Positions 34,365 through 47,640 are shown, counted from the first letter of the stretch. The stretch is 64,000 bases of DNA from Chrysomallon squamiferum (GCA_012295275.1 CM022673.1:21266001-21330000); one strand, 5' to 3'. Numbers and translations: made by a program. The notes: a model not told the origin generated them from the sequence alone.

Positions 34365-37300
34365 CACGTTTATAGTATACTTTATTACACATGTTAATAC
34401 TGATGTTGATATTTCAGTCAATTACTGGGTAATAATCCAATTTTGACATTTGTTCTTATTTATAATTATTCACTCAAAACACACCTAAATGTAAACTCCG
34501 AGCTGTGCTAGCATGTAGGGAAATTAATAGTTGCTAAATTGTAACAAAAAATCTTAAATGAACAAAATTAGAAAGTACTTGTGTGTGATCCACAGCCTGA
34601 TACTGTCTCTGCATACATACTCAAATTGGTTGAAATGCACATCATACAAAGTTCTTACAATTCAAAATAATAGCAAATTATTGGTTTTATTAAATTATGC
34701 TACATTCTGAGGCAGTAAACTTGAGAAACTAAGTTTATAAAATGCAAAAGTATAAATGTATAATAAAAGCCTTTCTTTCTTCAGATCCTTCTCGGAGTGA
34801 AGTCTTTAAAAATCCAGCAGATATCTGCTATATTATTTTAAATATTTTGAGAAATATCTTATTTTCTTAAAATGGTACACTATATGCAAATCAGGTTTGG
34901 GAAAGTATTTATTAGAAGATTTGATGGAAGTTTTCTGATTTTCTTTGTCTCTAGTCATGGTTTTATGTAGGCTACCAGCTTAACTAAACAACAAATGAAA
35001 TCACAAAAAAGAGAAGATGGAGATGGGTGGATTAATTAGCCTGATCAGTTCATTGATTTTATATGATGGTCTAAATGAATTGAGAATGCTGTAAAAAGAA
35101 AAGGATTAAAAGTCTTACATTAATTTTTCATTCATATGGAACTGCAAAACACCAAACCTGATTTATATATATGATTATATCATTTTGGATTTAATTTTTA
35201 AAATATATATAGCTTTCTGTAAAAGAAGTTTTGTCTGTTCGTTTGTTTAAAAAAGAGAAGGAAAAATATGGGAAAAGCATTTTTCTAAAGTATTGTATCT
35301 AACAGATATGTGCAGATACATGCTGTGGTTTTCTTACAGTATGATGTTATCCTGAGGGCAGTGATGCCATTCTGGATGAACTTGTCTCCAAGCAGAGCAA
35401 CATTAAGAGGAACAGTTAGTTGTTTATTACGTTTCTCTCTGTATTCAATACTCACTAACTATCAACCAAAAATTCTACCTTTAAATTATCAAAATTGGGA
35501 GGAAAAGTCATTGTTTCTTGGTTCATTAAATTATTTGCTGTAAGTGCCTCTCAGTTAAAAAAAAGGTTTAAGCAGTTCAGTGTGTAAGTGTTCAAACGGG
35601 TTTTATGGTATGGTATATTTGAACATTAGCTGTGAAATTTTCATTTATAAGTTTAAACATCATATTCCATCATGCTTGTAAAACCACTAGATCAAAATGA
35701 AGACCAATAGTTTTTTTTTTAACAATTAATGTTGTGTAAGTTGACACCTCTATATTTATATTTAAAACAAAGTTTAAAAAGATTTAAATTCTGCATGCAT
35801 TTTTATAATTTATCAAATAAAAAATATAAACAAAAGCATCAAAATATATTCCCTTACTCTGAGAGAGCATTTTTTTTTAAGGATGATGTTAATATGTTAA
35901 CAATTGTTTGTAAAAATTCTCAGGACCAGGATGATGTGGACACTGAACGAAAGTGACAGTGTTCTGCATTTAAGTTCACTGTAAAAACTGAGGAAGAAAC
36001 ACAGGTAAAACCAGGTTTGTCATTCTCCAGTTTTGCAGGAATGTAAAATAATATAAACAGATTAAATTTACAGGAGTTTTGAGTTTTGTTAAATTTACAG
36101 GAAAAGTGTGCTTTCAAAAATCACAGGAAAAGTGAGTTTGTTTAAATTTACAGAATAACTTTTCTGTTAAATTGTATGGACTGTTGTCCTGCTTATTTAC
36201 AGAAACAAAAAGAATTCTGTTTTGAGTTACAGGAAAAGTAACTTTTGCTAATTACAACAAAACTATATGTTAATGAACCCATGTGTGTGTATTTGTATGT
36301 TAGAGAGAGAGAGACTGGTGTAAGAGACTGTTAGAATGAACATTGTCTTTACAAACATATATTTTTTATTCCAGTATGAAATTTTATTTGTTTTTATTTT
36401 CATTTATGTTAATTCTGCATCAAAATTAAAATATTAACTGCTTGTAATTTATTTATTTATTTATTTTTAAATTGTTTTTATATTGAGTTCTTTTTGATAA
36501 CCTAAATTAGGTGAAATGTTTCTTTTTTGGAAGGGTGTGTTTTTTTAATATATATATAAAACAATTATATTTGTTTAGGAAATCATTTTGTATTTAATTT
36601 TGATATTTTTCTGAAACAAATCATTTTACCTCATACATCCTTATGTTATTATTTTTGATAGGAGGGCAGGTGGTATGGGTTTATTTTAATATATCAACAA
36701 CAATCTAAACATAGAATTTTAAAGTTCAGTATATCATCTTAAATGTTGAAAATAATTAATCTGATTTCAATAATGATTTTGTTAAAATGTGTGTTTCACG
36801 CAGGGCACAGCAGGGCAGTGGACACGCTAAAGACTTCCTGACTGTGGGATCAATGGGGCATGCATCATCAATTGCTTTTGGTATTGCCATTCAAAAACCA
36901 AACAGAAAGGTATGGTTTTATTACAATTCTTATAAAAATTTTTTGTTGTCTCTAATTTGATGTAAATGTTCTGATGTTATATTTGTTTGTCTGTGGTGGT
37001 GGTGGTTAATTTTTTATTTCTGGGTGGTGAGGCTTTTTGTTGTTGTTATTTTATTTATCGGTATTCTTTCTGTAGTACTTTTTTTTTCTTTTTCTTTTTT
37101 TAATTCATTTGTTGGGATTATATTATTTTTTATTTTAAATTATGACTTATTTATTATAAATAAAAATGAATAAATATGGTTACTTTTGCTTGCTTTTTCA
37201 GATCATTTTTAGAGATGTAGTGTTTTATTTATTTATTTTCATCTTTAACTTTCTTTTTTTTCCCTTGAATTCTGTGTATCTGTTACTTCATTGTAAATAA

Positions 37301-39909
37301 AATGTATTGGAATTTACAGGTATTTTGCTTGGATGGAGATGGTGCTGTTCTCATGCACATGGGAGCCATGGCAACAATTGGCCAAAGCAGTCAAACTAAT
37401 TTCAAACACATTGTATTTAACAATGGTGCACATGATTCAGTTGGAGGTCAGCCAACTCTTTCAGCAAATTCTTCATTCTCCTTTGTAAATGTGGCCAGAG
37501 CTTGCGGGTACAAACAGGTACATCATTTATTTTTATTAATTGTTTTATAACAGATGGCTACAATATTACCATTTCATAATTCAATTTTTTCTGCATTAAC
37601 AGACTTTAATGATGTCTGACATTATAATCATTTAAATGCCTTTTTATTAATGAAAATTTGAAATATAATACTGATTCATGCATTGGTTTACCACATTTTG
37701 AAAAAAATAAGAAATCAAGAACAATCAAAGAAGGTTTTTCAAGATGGAAACTAAAATTTACCTTACTGGGAATAATAGTTTAACTGAATTTCAATAAAAT
37801 TACTGAACTAAGCTACAGAAATAGAAAAAGTTAATAAATATATAGTCTACTAGAAAACTAACTGTATTAAGAAGAATAACAGTTTTAAAATATTTAATTA
37901 TGCCTAAATTAACCTGTTTATTTATAACATTACCTAACCCAGGAGAAACAGTTAAAACAACTAAATATGTTATTTTTTAATTTTATCTTGAATGGTAGTT
38001 CCAAAAAACTGAAGTGTAATTTAAGGCATTAAAATGATAATAAATGCAAATATTTTTATAACTCCTTTGAAAAGTACTTGGATTAGATGAATGTTTAATA
38101 ATAATCCAGAATGGTTTAATCATTCAAACTGTTATATACTTATCCATACCAAACTTGATTAGTATGGTGGCACTTTCTTAGTGATGAAAACAAAAGGTAA
38201 TATTAAATATATTCTTGAGAAATACAACAAAAACAAAAGACATATAGCTTTCTAGGATTTAACATATTGTAAAGCAGCAAAATGTGCATAGGCCAAAAAT
38301 CTTTTTTGTGTCATAGATTCATCAAAATGGTGTTGTTAAGTGATCTACAAAATGAATTTGTATGAAGATTCCAGAGAAAAATAGCTACTCATTTTACAAT
38401 AAGCTTCATTAATAAATACTGTTAAATACTTTATGTATAAGTTAATGATTTAATCAACAATGTATTTATTATCATAGAACAACCAGTTTTCCCTTTTACG
38501 CTAAATACTATATACTAAACATCCAGACCATAGCTCTCAAAACACAAATAAAGTATGTCAGTGAAGGGTTTGTATGTGATTTATAAAAATGGGACATGAA
38601 TTAACTTTTATCTTTTCATAATGTATAGTAGTTTCAGTGTAGAATTTTACATAGAATCATGGCAACATTTTTACACGTGATATACATTCTAATATTTGCA
38701 GTTTTTGAAATAATTATTCAGAATCAGTAACATTTCTTTTTAAAATGTGAAAAAGAGTCATAATATGTTGGAAAATGTAAAATCACAGATACTGTTGGTA
38801 ATAGGAACTGAAATTATTTATTAAACAGCTTGACTTGACCATTTTATTTAAAGTTTTTATAATAAATTCACTGAGTAAAAAAGATTATAAACTTAATTTT
38901 CTTGGAAATATAGATGGCACTTAACTTCCCATAATACTCTTAATAGTATATCAAGATATATTTTGGCATTGTAAAATCGTGATCTCTGCACATCTCAACA
39001 TTCACATTGCCTCATTGCTCCAACAACAAAAAAATTATCAAAAAAAAGTAATAATAATAATAATCATTTTATTCTTTCAGAATAGTTTTACAGAATTTTA
39101 TTGATTTTGTTCACGTCATGAATATTTACAAGATTTCTGGATGTTTGAACACATTTCATTTCATCAGCAATAAATACACACTCACATATATTGACCTCCT
39201 GTTGCCATATATAATAAATTGAAATTTGTCAAACTTTTATTATGATACAGCACTTTCAGAATAAACAGATGATATTGATTATGAACCTTGTTTTGTTACA
39301 CTGACCATGAAAAATAAAATAACATTTTACTGTATTAGTAAGTGCTTCGAAAATAGTTTAATTTAGTTAAAATGTATTTATTTTCAAGTCATTGTTTTGT
39401 CAGTAGCAACAAGTCATTGTTAATAAAGTATACAATAAAATCAATACATTTACGTAGACAGACATAGATTTTCATATTTTTTTTCATGAAATATTAAAAA
39501 AAAGAAAAAACAGCTGTTGCTCGTCTGTTACATTTACATTTCTGCCTTTTAAATTATATTATGTTAAAAGAAAAATATCAACCTACATGATAATAAGTGT
39601 GATATTTTATTGTTATAGTGATAGAAAGAAATAAAATATTTTATTATTATATGTGTGGAGTACACACAGTCAGTTTTTACTGTTCAGCAGAATGACGATT
39701 TTCACAAATAACTTTAAAATTTTAATTTCCAGGCATGGACAGCATCAAATATGCAAGAACTTGCCGACTGCATGCAGCAATTACCTAATGCTGAGGGGCC
39801 AGTCTTGCTGCAGATAAATATCAGCCTTGGACACAGGAAAGACTTGGGCCGACCTACACGAACTCCTGTAGAGAACAAAATGGATTTTATGCAGTTCTTA
39901 GACAACTAA
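30358..39909 (+). CDS. ppd: Phosphonopyruvate decarboxylase (ThDP-dependent, single-chain AepY/Ppd type), ~433 aa, 10 coding exons
   Basis: Exons 30358-30426, 31240-31423, 31630-31760, 31992-32151, 32529-32584, 32803-32912, 33050-33160, 36804-36909, 37320-37517, 39733-39909. Family motifs FFCGVPDSLLK, NEGSAVALATGYHL, VYLQNSGLGNIVNP, IGWRGE..KDEPQH..QG, TREEAL, STGMLSRELFEYR, DFLTVGSMGHASSIA, the ThDP motif DGDG-x25-NN, HDSVGGQPT and DLGRP. Confidence 0.92.
35977..36250 (+). mobile_element. Possible truncated CACTA/CMC-like non-autonomous element end
   Basis: Begins CACTGTAAAAA and is followed by ~6 degenerate TTACAG(G)AAAAGT subterminal repeats. No matching opposite TIR was seen. Confidence 0.35.
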
Positions 39910-40892
39910 CTGTGAAAACATTTTAGAATAATGTAGGAACTGTCTTTACAATTTTTTTCAGAAATCAACTTTTCTTTATTTTATTAATTTTTTGTTTTTA
40001 AAAATTATTTTTAATTGTTGTATTAGGCTTTTTCCTTTTTGTTTGAGGGTTTTTGCCCTGCTTTTCCTATGCAATATATGGAAAATCATTTCAGTTTGTG
40101 TGGAATCGAGCAATATTCATATTAAAAATGGCAAATTAAATTCAAAATTGATCAGATATCCTACAAAATAATAAAATATCCAAACTGAGCTGTAATATAG
40201 ATTTGTTATTTTGCAAGTAGATAATGAATTAATAATGACACAGCATATATTTTCCTAACAAAACCTCATTTCTACTGAACATACTACAAAAGATTTTATC
40301 TATTGAAATGTCTCAAAATGCAGTTATGTACATTGTCCCAAACGTAGCAAAAGAAAAGTTTAGTTTATTTTCACAAGTGGTGTTTTGCTTTTATCTTAAA
40401 TATTTATATTTTGGGGTCGAAAATGACATTTATAAAAAATATGTACATATATTGTGAAGTTTCATGAATGTTATTTTATATTAGATTACTTGGTAAAGGT
40501 ATTGTAAAAACATACCCCATTATAATATGTTAATGTATTCTATGAAAAGCCCAAAAGTACTATTTAATATGGAATTCTGTGAAAAGACATACCATTATAA
40601 CATGCGGTTTTTTTATTATAAGTTTACATATACTGTTTTTATAATTTAAACTTTTTGTCTCCTTTTATTTGTTTATTTATTTATTTATTTATTTTATTAT
40701 TTTTATTACATTTATGAAAGATTTATGAATATGAAGTGCAGTTTTGTGAAAAGCTACACTTTATTCTGTGATTAGTTTTATGAAGTATGAACTGTCAATA
40801 CATTTTCATATTTGTATATTATTGTAATATATTTTCAATATTTCCTATGTTATAGTTTCTGTTATAAAAGGTTGCTTTGCAAAATGTATATG

Positions 40893-41525
40893 CAGTGGTA
40901 CCTCAAGTTACGAGTGCTCCATCTTACGAGTTTCCCCGAGTTACGAGCAGCCACCCAGTTAATTTTTTGCTTCGAGTTGCAAGCCAAAATCTGAGTTATG
41001 AGCTAGTTGGCACAACGAACAACATAACATCTGCCCAGCATCCAAAGTCTCACTCGTTTGTTTCACGTGGTTACCTCGCTGTGGACGCTTCTCTGTTGTG
41101 TTACGGTCGCGTTTTGTGTAGTATTTTGCCAAATTTCCATGGATCCTAAGAAAGGACAGTGCTGAGAAGAAGAAGCAAATGATGTCCATTGAATTAAAGC
41201 ATGAAATCATAGAAAAACATGAGCGAGCTGATTTTTACGATATGTACCATACTGAAGCAGAAGGAGTCGATAAAGGCTGTAACTCTAGCCAAAGGCGTTA
41301 AAATAATTTCTAAGCTGCAGGCCTCTGTCCATGAAAAGATGGAGAAACCCTAACCCTGTACACTTTACAAAACCAATTTAATACTTTACATGCTCTTTTA
41401 TTTTGTTTTTATACAATATTTGTCATTTATACATACATTTTTCTTATTTAAAAACACGTTACAAAAAATTGGTGTGGTTTTGGAGGTCTGGAATGGATTA
41501 ATAGTATTTCAGTTAATTTCATTTA
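40893..41525 (+). mobile_element. Tigger/pogo-like DNA transposon deletion derivative, copy 1 (left TIR present)
   Basis: TIR CAGTGGTACCTCAAGTTACGAG. Frameshifted CENP-B-type HTH remnant from ~41139 (..KDSAEKKKQMMSIELKHEIIEKHER..TILKQKESIKAVTLAKGVKIISKL). Highly similar to 60830-61437. Confidence 0.85.
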
Positions 41526-43578
41526 GGATAGTGGTATGTTACTTGAAAAACATTTACAGTTTTAATCCACTAATATATTTTAAAAAATGATAATATAATG
41601 AGTGAAAAATTGCATTAAAATGTGTACTATTGCAGTGTGTTATTCTGTGAAAGATAACAGTTAAATAACATTATTCTATATTATGTTACTCTAATAAATG
41701 TAAAATATTACAGTACTATGTTTATTTTATGAACTGTATTTGTATAATAGTTATTCTATGAAATGGAGAACATTGGCGGGTTTTCACAAGATGTAAACGT
41801 GATAAATTGTTTTTTTCATTTAATTTATTAAAATACGAAATAATGTATATCAAAACATTTCAGAAATTTTGATGAATGGTGTTTGAAAAGTATTCAAATT
41901 TATATTTACATGTGTGTGTGTGTGTGTGTGAATGTGTATGTGTGTATGAAATAATTATATACAATTTGTTTACTTAATGTTTGGAATATATATAAAAAAT
42001 ACATAATTTGTCGTAAATAATTTGTATTATTAATTTAAAGTAATATAAATATAAAATTTTAAGTATATTATATGGATGGTCACAATAATGTTTTCAAATT
42101 TTGACCAGACATTTGCTTTTATTTGTTGGTGTTTTTTAACTTACATCTAATCAGATACACTGCTGAATTGGTATTTAAGACAAATGTTTGGTTGTTGGGT
42201 TTTTTCCACGCTTGTTATGTTTAGCTTTATAGTTATATAATTAATTTATGTTTAGCTTTGCAAAGGACAGTGGATATTAGAGTTCATTTACAATTAATTT
42301 TTATTTATTTATTTTTATTTTTTTAATTTGTTTTTTGTTATCTTCCTTAACTGATTAAGTAAGAAATTTTTTAGACTTTTTTCAAATGTGAATAACATTT
42401 TAATATAATTTGACGTTCACAAGAAACATATATCCACCAGCTTTTTTTGTTATTTCTGTGGAAGGACACTGTCATTGTTTTGCTGAACAATGTTGAAATC
42501 TGTCACATAGCTCTGTCGCATTTCTCATTTCTGTAGCATAACGATTTTCAATATTTTAGATTTTATATATGGTTTTACTGTTCTCTCTTGTCTGGCTTTG
42601 TTATTTGGTTTTGTTTTGTGGTTTTGTTTTTTATTTATTTATTTATATTCTATTGTTTTAGTTTTTTCTTATTCTCTATTTTAGTTTTTATTATAATCAT
42701 TATTATTATGTAAGTTCAACATAGACCCCACCTGGATAACGACACAAAAGAAACACTTGTAGATGAAAGAAATTGGCTAGGAAAATTAGGAAGTGGTTTA
42801 TTGAGAACTGCTCTAGTTAGAACAGTTCATGTTTCGATAAAAGAGGATATGGACAAAAAAAAACTTCTTTTTAAATATTTATCTGTATTTTAATGTGCCA
42901 TGAGGGATTTGAGAATAAAAATTAAAGGGAAAATAATTTTAAGTATTGTTCATTTATTTTATCGTGTATATCGTGTATATAATATGGTTGGAAGGATGCT
43001 TTATTTTCAATATTATTATTTGATTAAGACAGAAAAAAGAAAAACCAAAAAAAACAATGTACTAGCTGTAAGATTACAGTTGGTTATAGCGCAGGACGGA
43101 GGCCATTTGCCGTCCAAGTCAGTCTCACAACTGGTTTATCCACAGCCTGGCTTTTCCTTACTTTGACAAATTGTATTCATTTTAAAAGAGCTGCATGCCA
43201 CTGAATATGGTGCTCCTCTTTCGCAGAGGTTTTCAAACTGGTACTCGAATTGAGTATTGGATGCAAAAAAGTAAAAACTGTAGAAAGCCATTTATGGAAA
43301 GAAAATCATCTTCGCCAGATTAAAAATAAAATAATAATAATAAATCTAAAAACACGCCAAAATTACTTTAGAATCGGCGCAGATATAATTTTGCGACTGC
43401 CTTTTGATTGTAGATCACGCAGTTATTGTCGCACACAAAAAAATCGGCAAATAAAAAATATTTTCCTTTAAGAAGGCATGACCTATAGGCATGACCTATT
43501 ACTTTTTGATATTTTGTTATGAATTGTATATTTCAACCTGCATAGAACACTCAAAATATTATTACGACCTGACCTTCC

Positions 43579-43731
43579 GAAACGGAATTCTGTCACAATA
43601 ACTAAATAACCTCCTTTCAATATGTTTATCTAAATGAAAATATACTTTTTATATAATTACATACCGATTTTATATGTTTTATATGTTTCTATAATTTGGT
43701 GTTGACATTTGAAAGTGACAGAGTTCATTTC
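43579..43731. repeat. Degenerate inverted repeat pair, possible MITE relic
   Basis: gaaacggaattctgtcac (43579-43596) versus gtgacagagttcatttc (43715-43731). Confidence 0.3.
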
Positions 43732-44902
43732 AACACCATACTCTCTTTAAAAAGTATTATTAATTTTGAAGAGAATCCAATTTGAGGTATGCTATTATAT
43801 ATAACACAACGTTACATCATTCTGTAATGTGCCTGATAAAAGTTAGAAATTGTACTATTTGTGAGGACGAGCCATATGTGCTGCAACACCGATCCCAGAT
43901 AATAATTTTAATTACCTTATAATATTTGAGAAAGGCTGAATATTTCATACAATGGGCAACAATGGTGATATTAACTCAGTAACAATTATTTACCATACAT
44001 TAATATTTTTGATTCTTGTTCACCAGTACCTATCACAGCAGTTACGTTGTCCTTTTTGATATGAATATTTCATGCTGAATTATTTTGACAACTGTGACTG
44101 ATTTTCCCTTTTTGTCCAGGAATATCGAAAGCAAACATTCACAAATAAAAGTACTGTCAGTCATGAGACTACAAATAATGCGTCATCAGAATCGTCACCA
44201 ATTCATCACATACTTTCACATTCGTTTTAACGTTGTTGAAATTCCAATAACATAAACAAAACATGCAAGGTCTAAAAGATAGCTTGAAGAAGCTATATTA
44301 TATATATATTTGGATATGTCATATAGCGTGAATTTTGGAAGGCATTAAAATATTTACTGAAAATTAAAAAAAAAAAAAAAAACGAAAAGAAAAAAACAGG
44401 CTGCTTAAAATTAGCTGTATAAGCAAACACACGTATAGGTGTTGTTACCGTATCAAATATACACAGTAATGGTACAGAGAGATATCTATAAATACAGATA
44501 GGTATTGTTTGCTTAGACATAATAAAAATATCACTTTTGTCGAATATCACTGTTTTAATTATTAGCTGAATGGTCTGTGTAATTTTGTTTTTGGTCTTTC
44601 TATTTGATTTGCATATAATTTATCTTTCTAGACAATCTCCAGTCTAAATTTTATACCACGTCGAAATCTGATACATCTTGATAAACAGTCTTTGCCAATA
44701 ACTCGGCGAGTTTTGTTCGTCTTGACAAACTTTTGAACCCACTCGTTGTATCGTATCATAAACTGGATCTTAAGTAACTGAGAAGACTGAATGTATTCAT
44801 AAGAATTATTTCAGTCACTGTGCATATTAACAGTATGTTTCTTTGTCATTTTTTTAAATATATATTTTTTCAGTGTTCAGACGAATCACATCTGGATTAG
44901 CT

Positions 44903-45382
44903 TTATCTTTCTGCCGTTATCGAATGCTTGGAAGCAGCTTTGTGCAAGTGTTTTCTTATTTCATCATAAAACAAGGTTCTTTCTCTGGATATTTTTTCAA
45001 TTTTTTTCATTTTCGATAACGCGTACATTCTTCTCCTTGTTATGTTATTGAGCCATTTTTCAAAATCTTCTTGTCTCTGTGCCATTTCTTTCTTTCTCAT
45101 TTTCATCATTGTTTTCCATGCCTCTTGTTCTTCTGGTGACATTACCATGAACGATTCCTCAGATGTCAGAATGTCGTCTGCTTGTTCTGCGTTGTTGTCT
45201 TGTGTAGTAGTTAGTACTTTGTTCATTTCACCTTGAACGTCCGCCGCTTCTTCTGTGACTGGCGTCTGCTCGGTGTCACTGGGCTGTGTGTCTCTTCTTG
45301 TTTTACTTTCTTCCGCAGAACTAGCTTCGAAAGCTTGTGGTGATTCTATCGGTGTGCCATTGGATAAATTCATGTTATCCAT
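44903..45382 (-). CDS. Uncharacterised 159-aa protein: acidic disordered N-half, basic helical/coiled-coil C-half
   Basis: Uninterrupted ORF with coding-like composition against an AT-rich background. An in-frame TAA at 45431-45433 makes ATG 45382 (MDNMNLS...) the first usable start. A strong acceptor (ttttgttttgtag) at ~45458 suggests a 5'UTR intron. No recognisable family. Confidence 0.55.
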   Translation of the reverse strand: MDNMNLSNGTPIESPQAFEASSAEESKTRRDTQPSDTEQTPVTEEAADVQGEMNKVLTTTQDNNAEQADDILTSEESFMVMSPEEQEAWKTMMKMRKKEMAQRQEDFEKWLNNITRRRMYALSKMKKIEKISRERTLFYDEIRKHLHKAASKHSITAER

Positions 45383-46334
45383 TTTAGCTTTCTTCTCATT
45401 GACACGATTCACTTCCTTTCTTCTTCTTTTTTAAAGATAAATGTTTATAAATTTAACCTACAAAACAAAAATAAACAAAACAATAAAGAGACATACACAC
45501 TAGATGTCATTCTCCATTCTAAATATTTCTGACTATTACGAATAGAATATATTACAAACAGAATTATGAATGTTGTATTAGAAAATATAAATAAGTGTAA
45601 ATGTGATTTTTTTTTTTTTTTTTTTTTTTTTCTTTAGGGGACAAATTGGCTTGACTGTCTACAGTGTACACTTTCGCGGGAAAGATCACATGATCTCAAC
45701 TTGAAAGCCAGCAAAGCAAACAAAACTGCATGTTTCGAATAGCTGCTTAACCAGTCCAAATATTATTTATCTGTATCTATGTGTAAGCGTGCGTGTATGC
45801 GCGAACTCGCACATGAAATCATTAAACGTTATACAAATTAACACTCGATATTAAAACAAAGATTTTATTTTTATCATTGGACAAAAACGATTTATGATGC
45901 TTCACTTCATTCCATCATTTTTTTTATTTTGTATTTTCATTTTTTTATTCATTTAGCAGTAAAAAAAAAAAAAATAATAATAATAAAAAAATTCAGCCAA
46001 ATGAATATCGATCAGAATGTATGTACCAACTTCCCTACGGTCTTTAATTGATTTTTTTTTTACACCTGATTTATTTAATGCTGTAACAGCCTGCACGTTT
46101 AAGTGACTTACAATTGATATTCCACTACTAATCTAATTTTGTTTTGTAGGCTAAGTACTGACACGTAATCCTTTCTCAGTAACATATTGCCTATGTGAGA
46201 TGTGCTATGTTGGCAATCTGCGTTGTGAATTAAAACGATCGATGTCGTTCGTAATAATTCGAAAAATATGCATGAACACTGAATATGTTTAGTTAAAAGA
46301 CACGTAAAAATGTCAATAACTACAAGCTGATGAC

Positions 46335-46336
<2 letters not shown>

Positions 46337-46399
<63 letters not shown>

Positions 46400-46415
46400 A
46401 AGAAGAAAAAGAAGA
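46337..46415. repeat. Compound (AAT)n(AAG)n microsatellite
   Basis: Directly visible. Confidence 0.95.
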
Positions 46416-47369
46416 AAGGATTAAGCTGAAAATAAATGAAAAATGGAACAAAGACAAAATGAGGAGAAACTTCTTTTCCTTGTTTTGGCTTTCCTTAAAT
46501 GTACTTTTGGTGATTCGAATAGCGGGCGAAATACAGTTTTATTATTTGTGTGTCTTTATGAATAAGCCTGCGTGAAAAAATACAATCTCACAATTTTATT
46601 TTTAAACAGTAAACCACAAGTAATGTAGACCTACTGCTGATACAATAGATTTACACTTCAGTCATTTTATTTTATTTGTAGGTAACAATTTGATTATAAT
46701 AAAGCATCCATGTTTGGTAATTTATCGTCTGTTCCCATTATTAGCAAAGACTGGTTTGCTAAACAAAACAACCGTTTGGAAAAATACACAGAATTTAGTT
46801 AAGCTTCTGTTTCTGAAACTAAAAACTAATAAGCTATATAACAATCTTAGTGCTAACAAAGTATGTACCAACTAATGCACGACATATCTGATTTAGGGTT
46901 AACATTTACAATAAAACACAAAGCAATTCAAAAATAGCATATATTCATTTCCACTGGGTCTTCTTTATACTAGGATTTGTTGTTCTTTTTAAAGTGCGCT
47001 TTTAGTTGTGTATGTATGTCTCTGTGTGTGTCCTTTTTTTTTTTTCCAAAAAGTACGCTTATTGTAAACAAACTGTAATTTCTGCTGACAGCGTTTGCGA
47101 TCTCCCCAAATATGTGACAATCAGTGTTTTATCCAAACAAAATACTCTTGTAGGCCTTTGCAGATCTAAAGCATTTTAAAAATGATGAAAGTATTAAAGC
47201 TTTTGAACTGGCGGTATGCAAACATAATGCGTATGTATTTAGTTATCAACAGATACTGAGATATTCACGCATGCACAAAGACATATATCCGTAATATTAT
47301 ACACACATATACGCACAGACACACAAATGCATATAAATACCCACACACGTCTGTACGTGTACAGAAACG

Positions 47370-47372
47370 TAT

Positions 47373-47445
<73 letters not shown>

Positions 47446-47450
47446 CATAC

Positions 47451-47513
<63 letters not shown>

Positions 47514-47534
47514 CATATATATATACACACACAC

Positions 47535-47601
<67 letters not shown>

Positions 47602-47640
47602 TATATACATACATACATACATACATTCATACATATACAC
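47370..47640. repeat. Compound (CA)n/(TA)n/(TACA)n microsatellite array
   Basis: Directly visible; source of several spurious ORFs. Confidence 0.95.

Noticed and set aside
35300-35420. Possible cassette exon in ppd intron 7 (cag|tatgatg...aaca|gttagt)
   Set aside because: It introduces an immediate stop in the ppd frame, and exons 7 and 8 already join in phase with conserved sequence. A poison exon cannot be supported without RNA data.
30358-39909. ppd as bacterial contamination or very recent horizontal transfer
   Set aside because: It has nine canonical GT-AG introns, host-like composition and contiguous metazoan neighbours.
41347-41358. CCCTAACCCT as an interstitial telomere seed
   Set aside because: Under two units and part of the Tigger element, since it is present in both copies.
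43476-43500. GGCATGACCTATA direct duplication as a nuclear-receptor element or TSD
   Set aside because: A 13-bp local tandem duplication is explained by slippage, and there is no other support.
45383-45412. GTG start given by the ORF track for the orphan ORF
   Set aside because: Eukaryotic context; the first ATG after the in-frame stop is at 45382.
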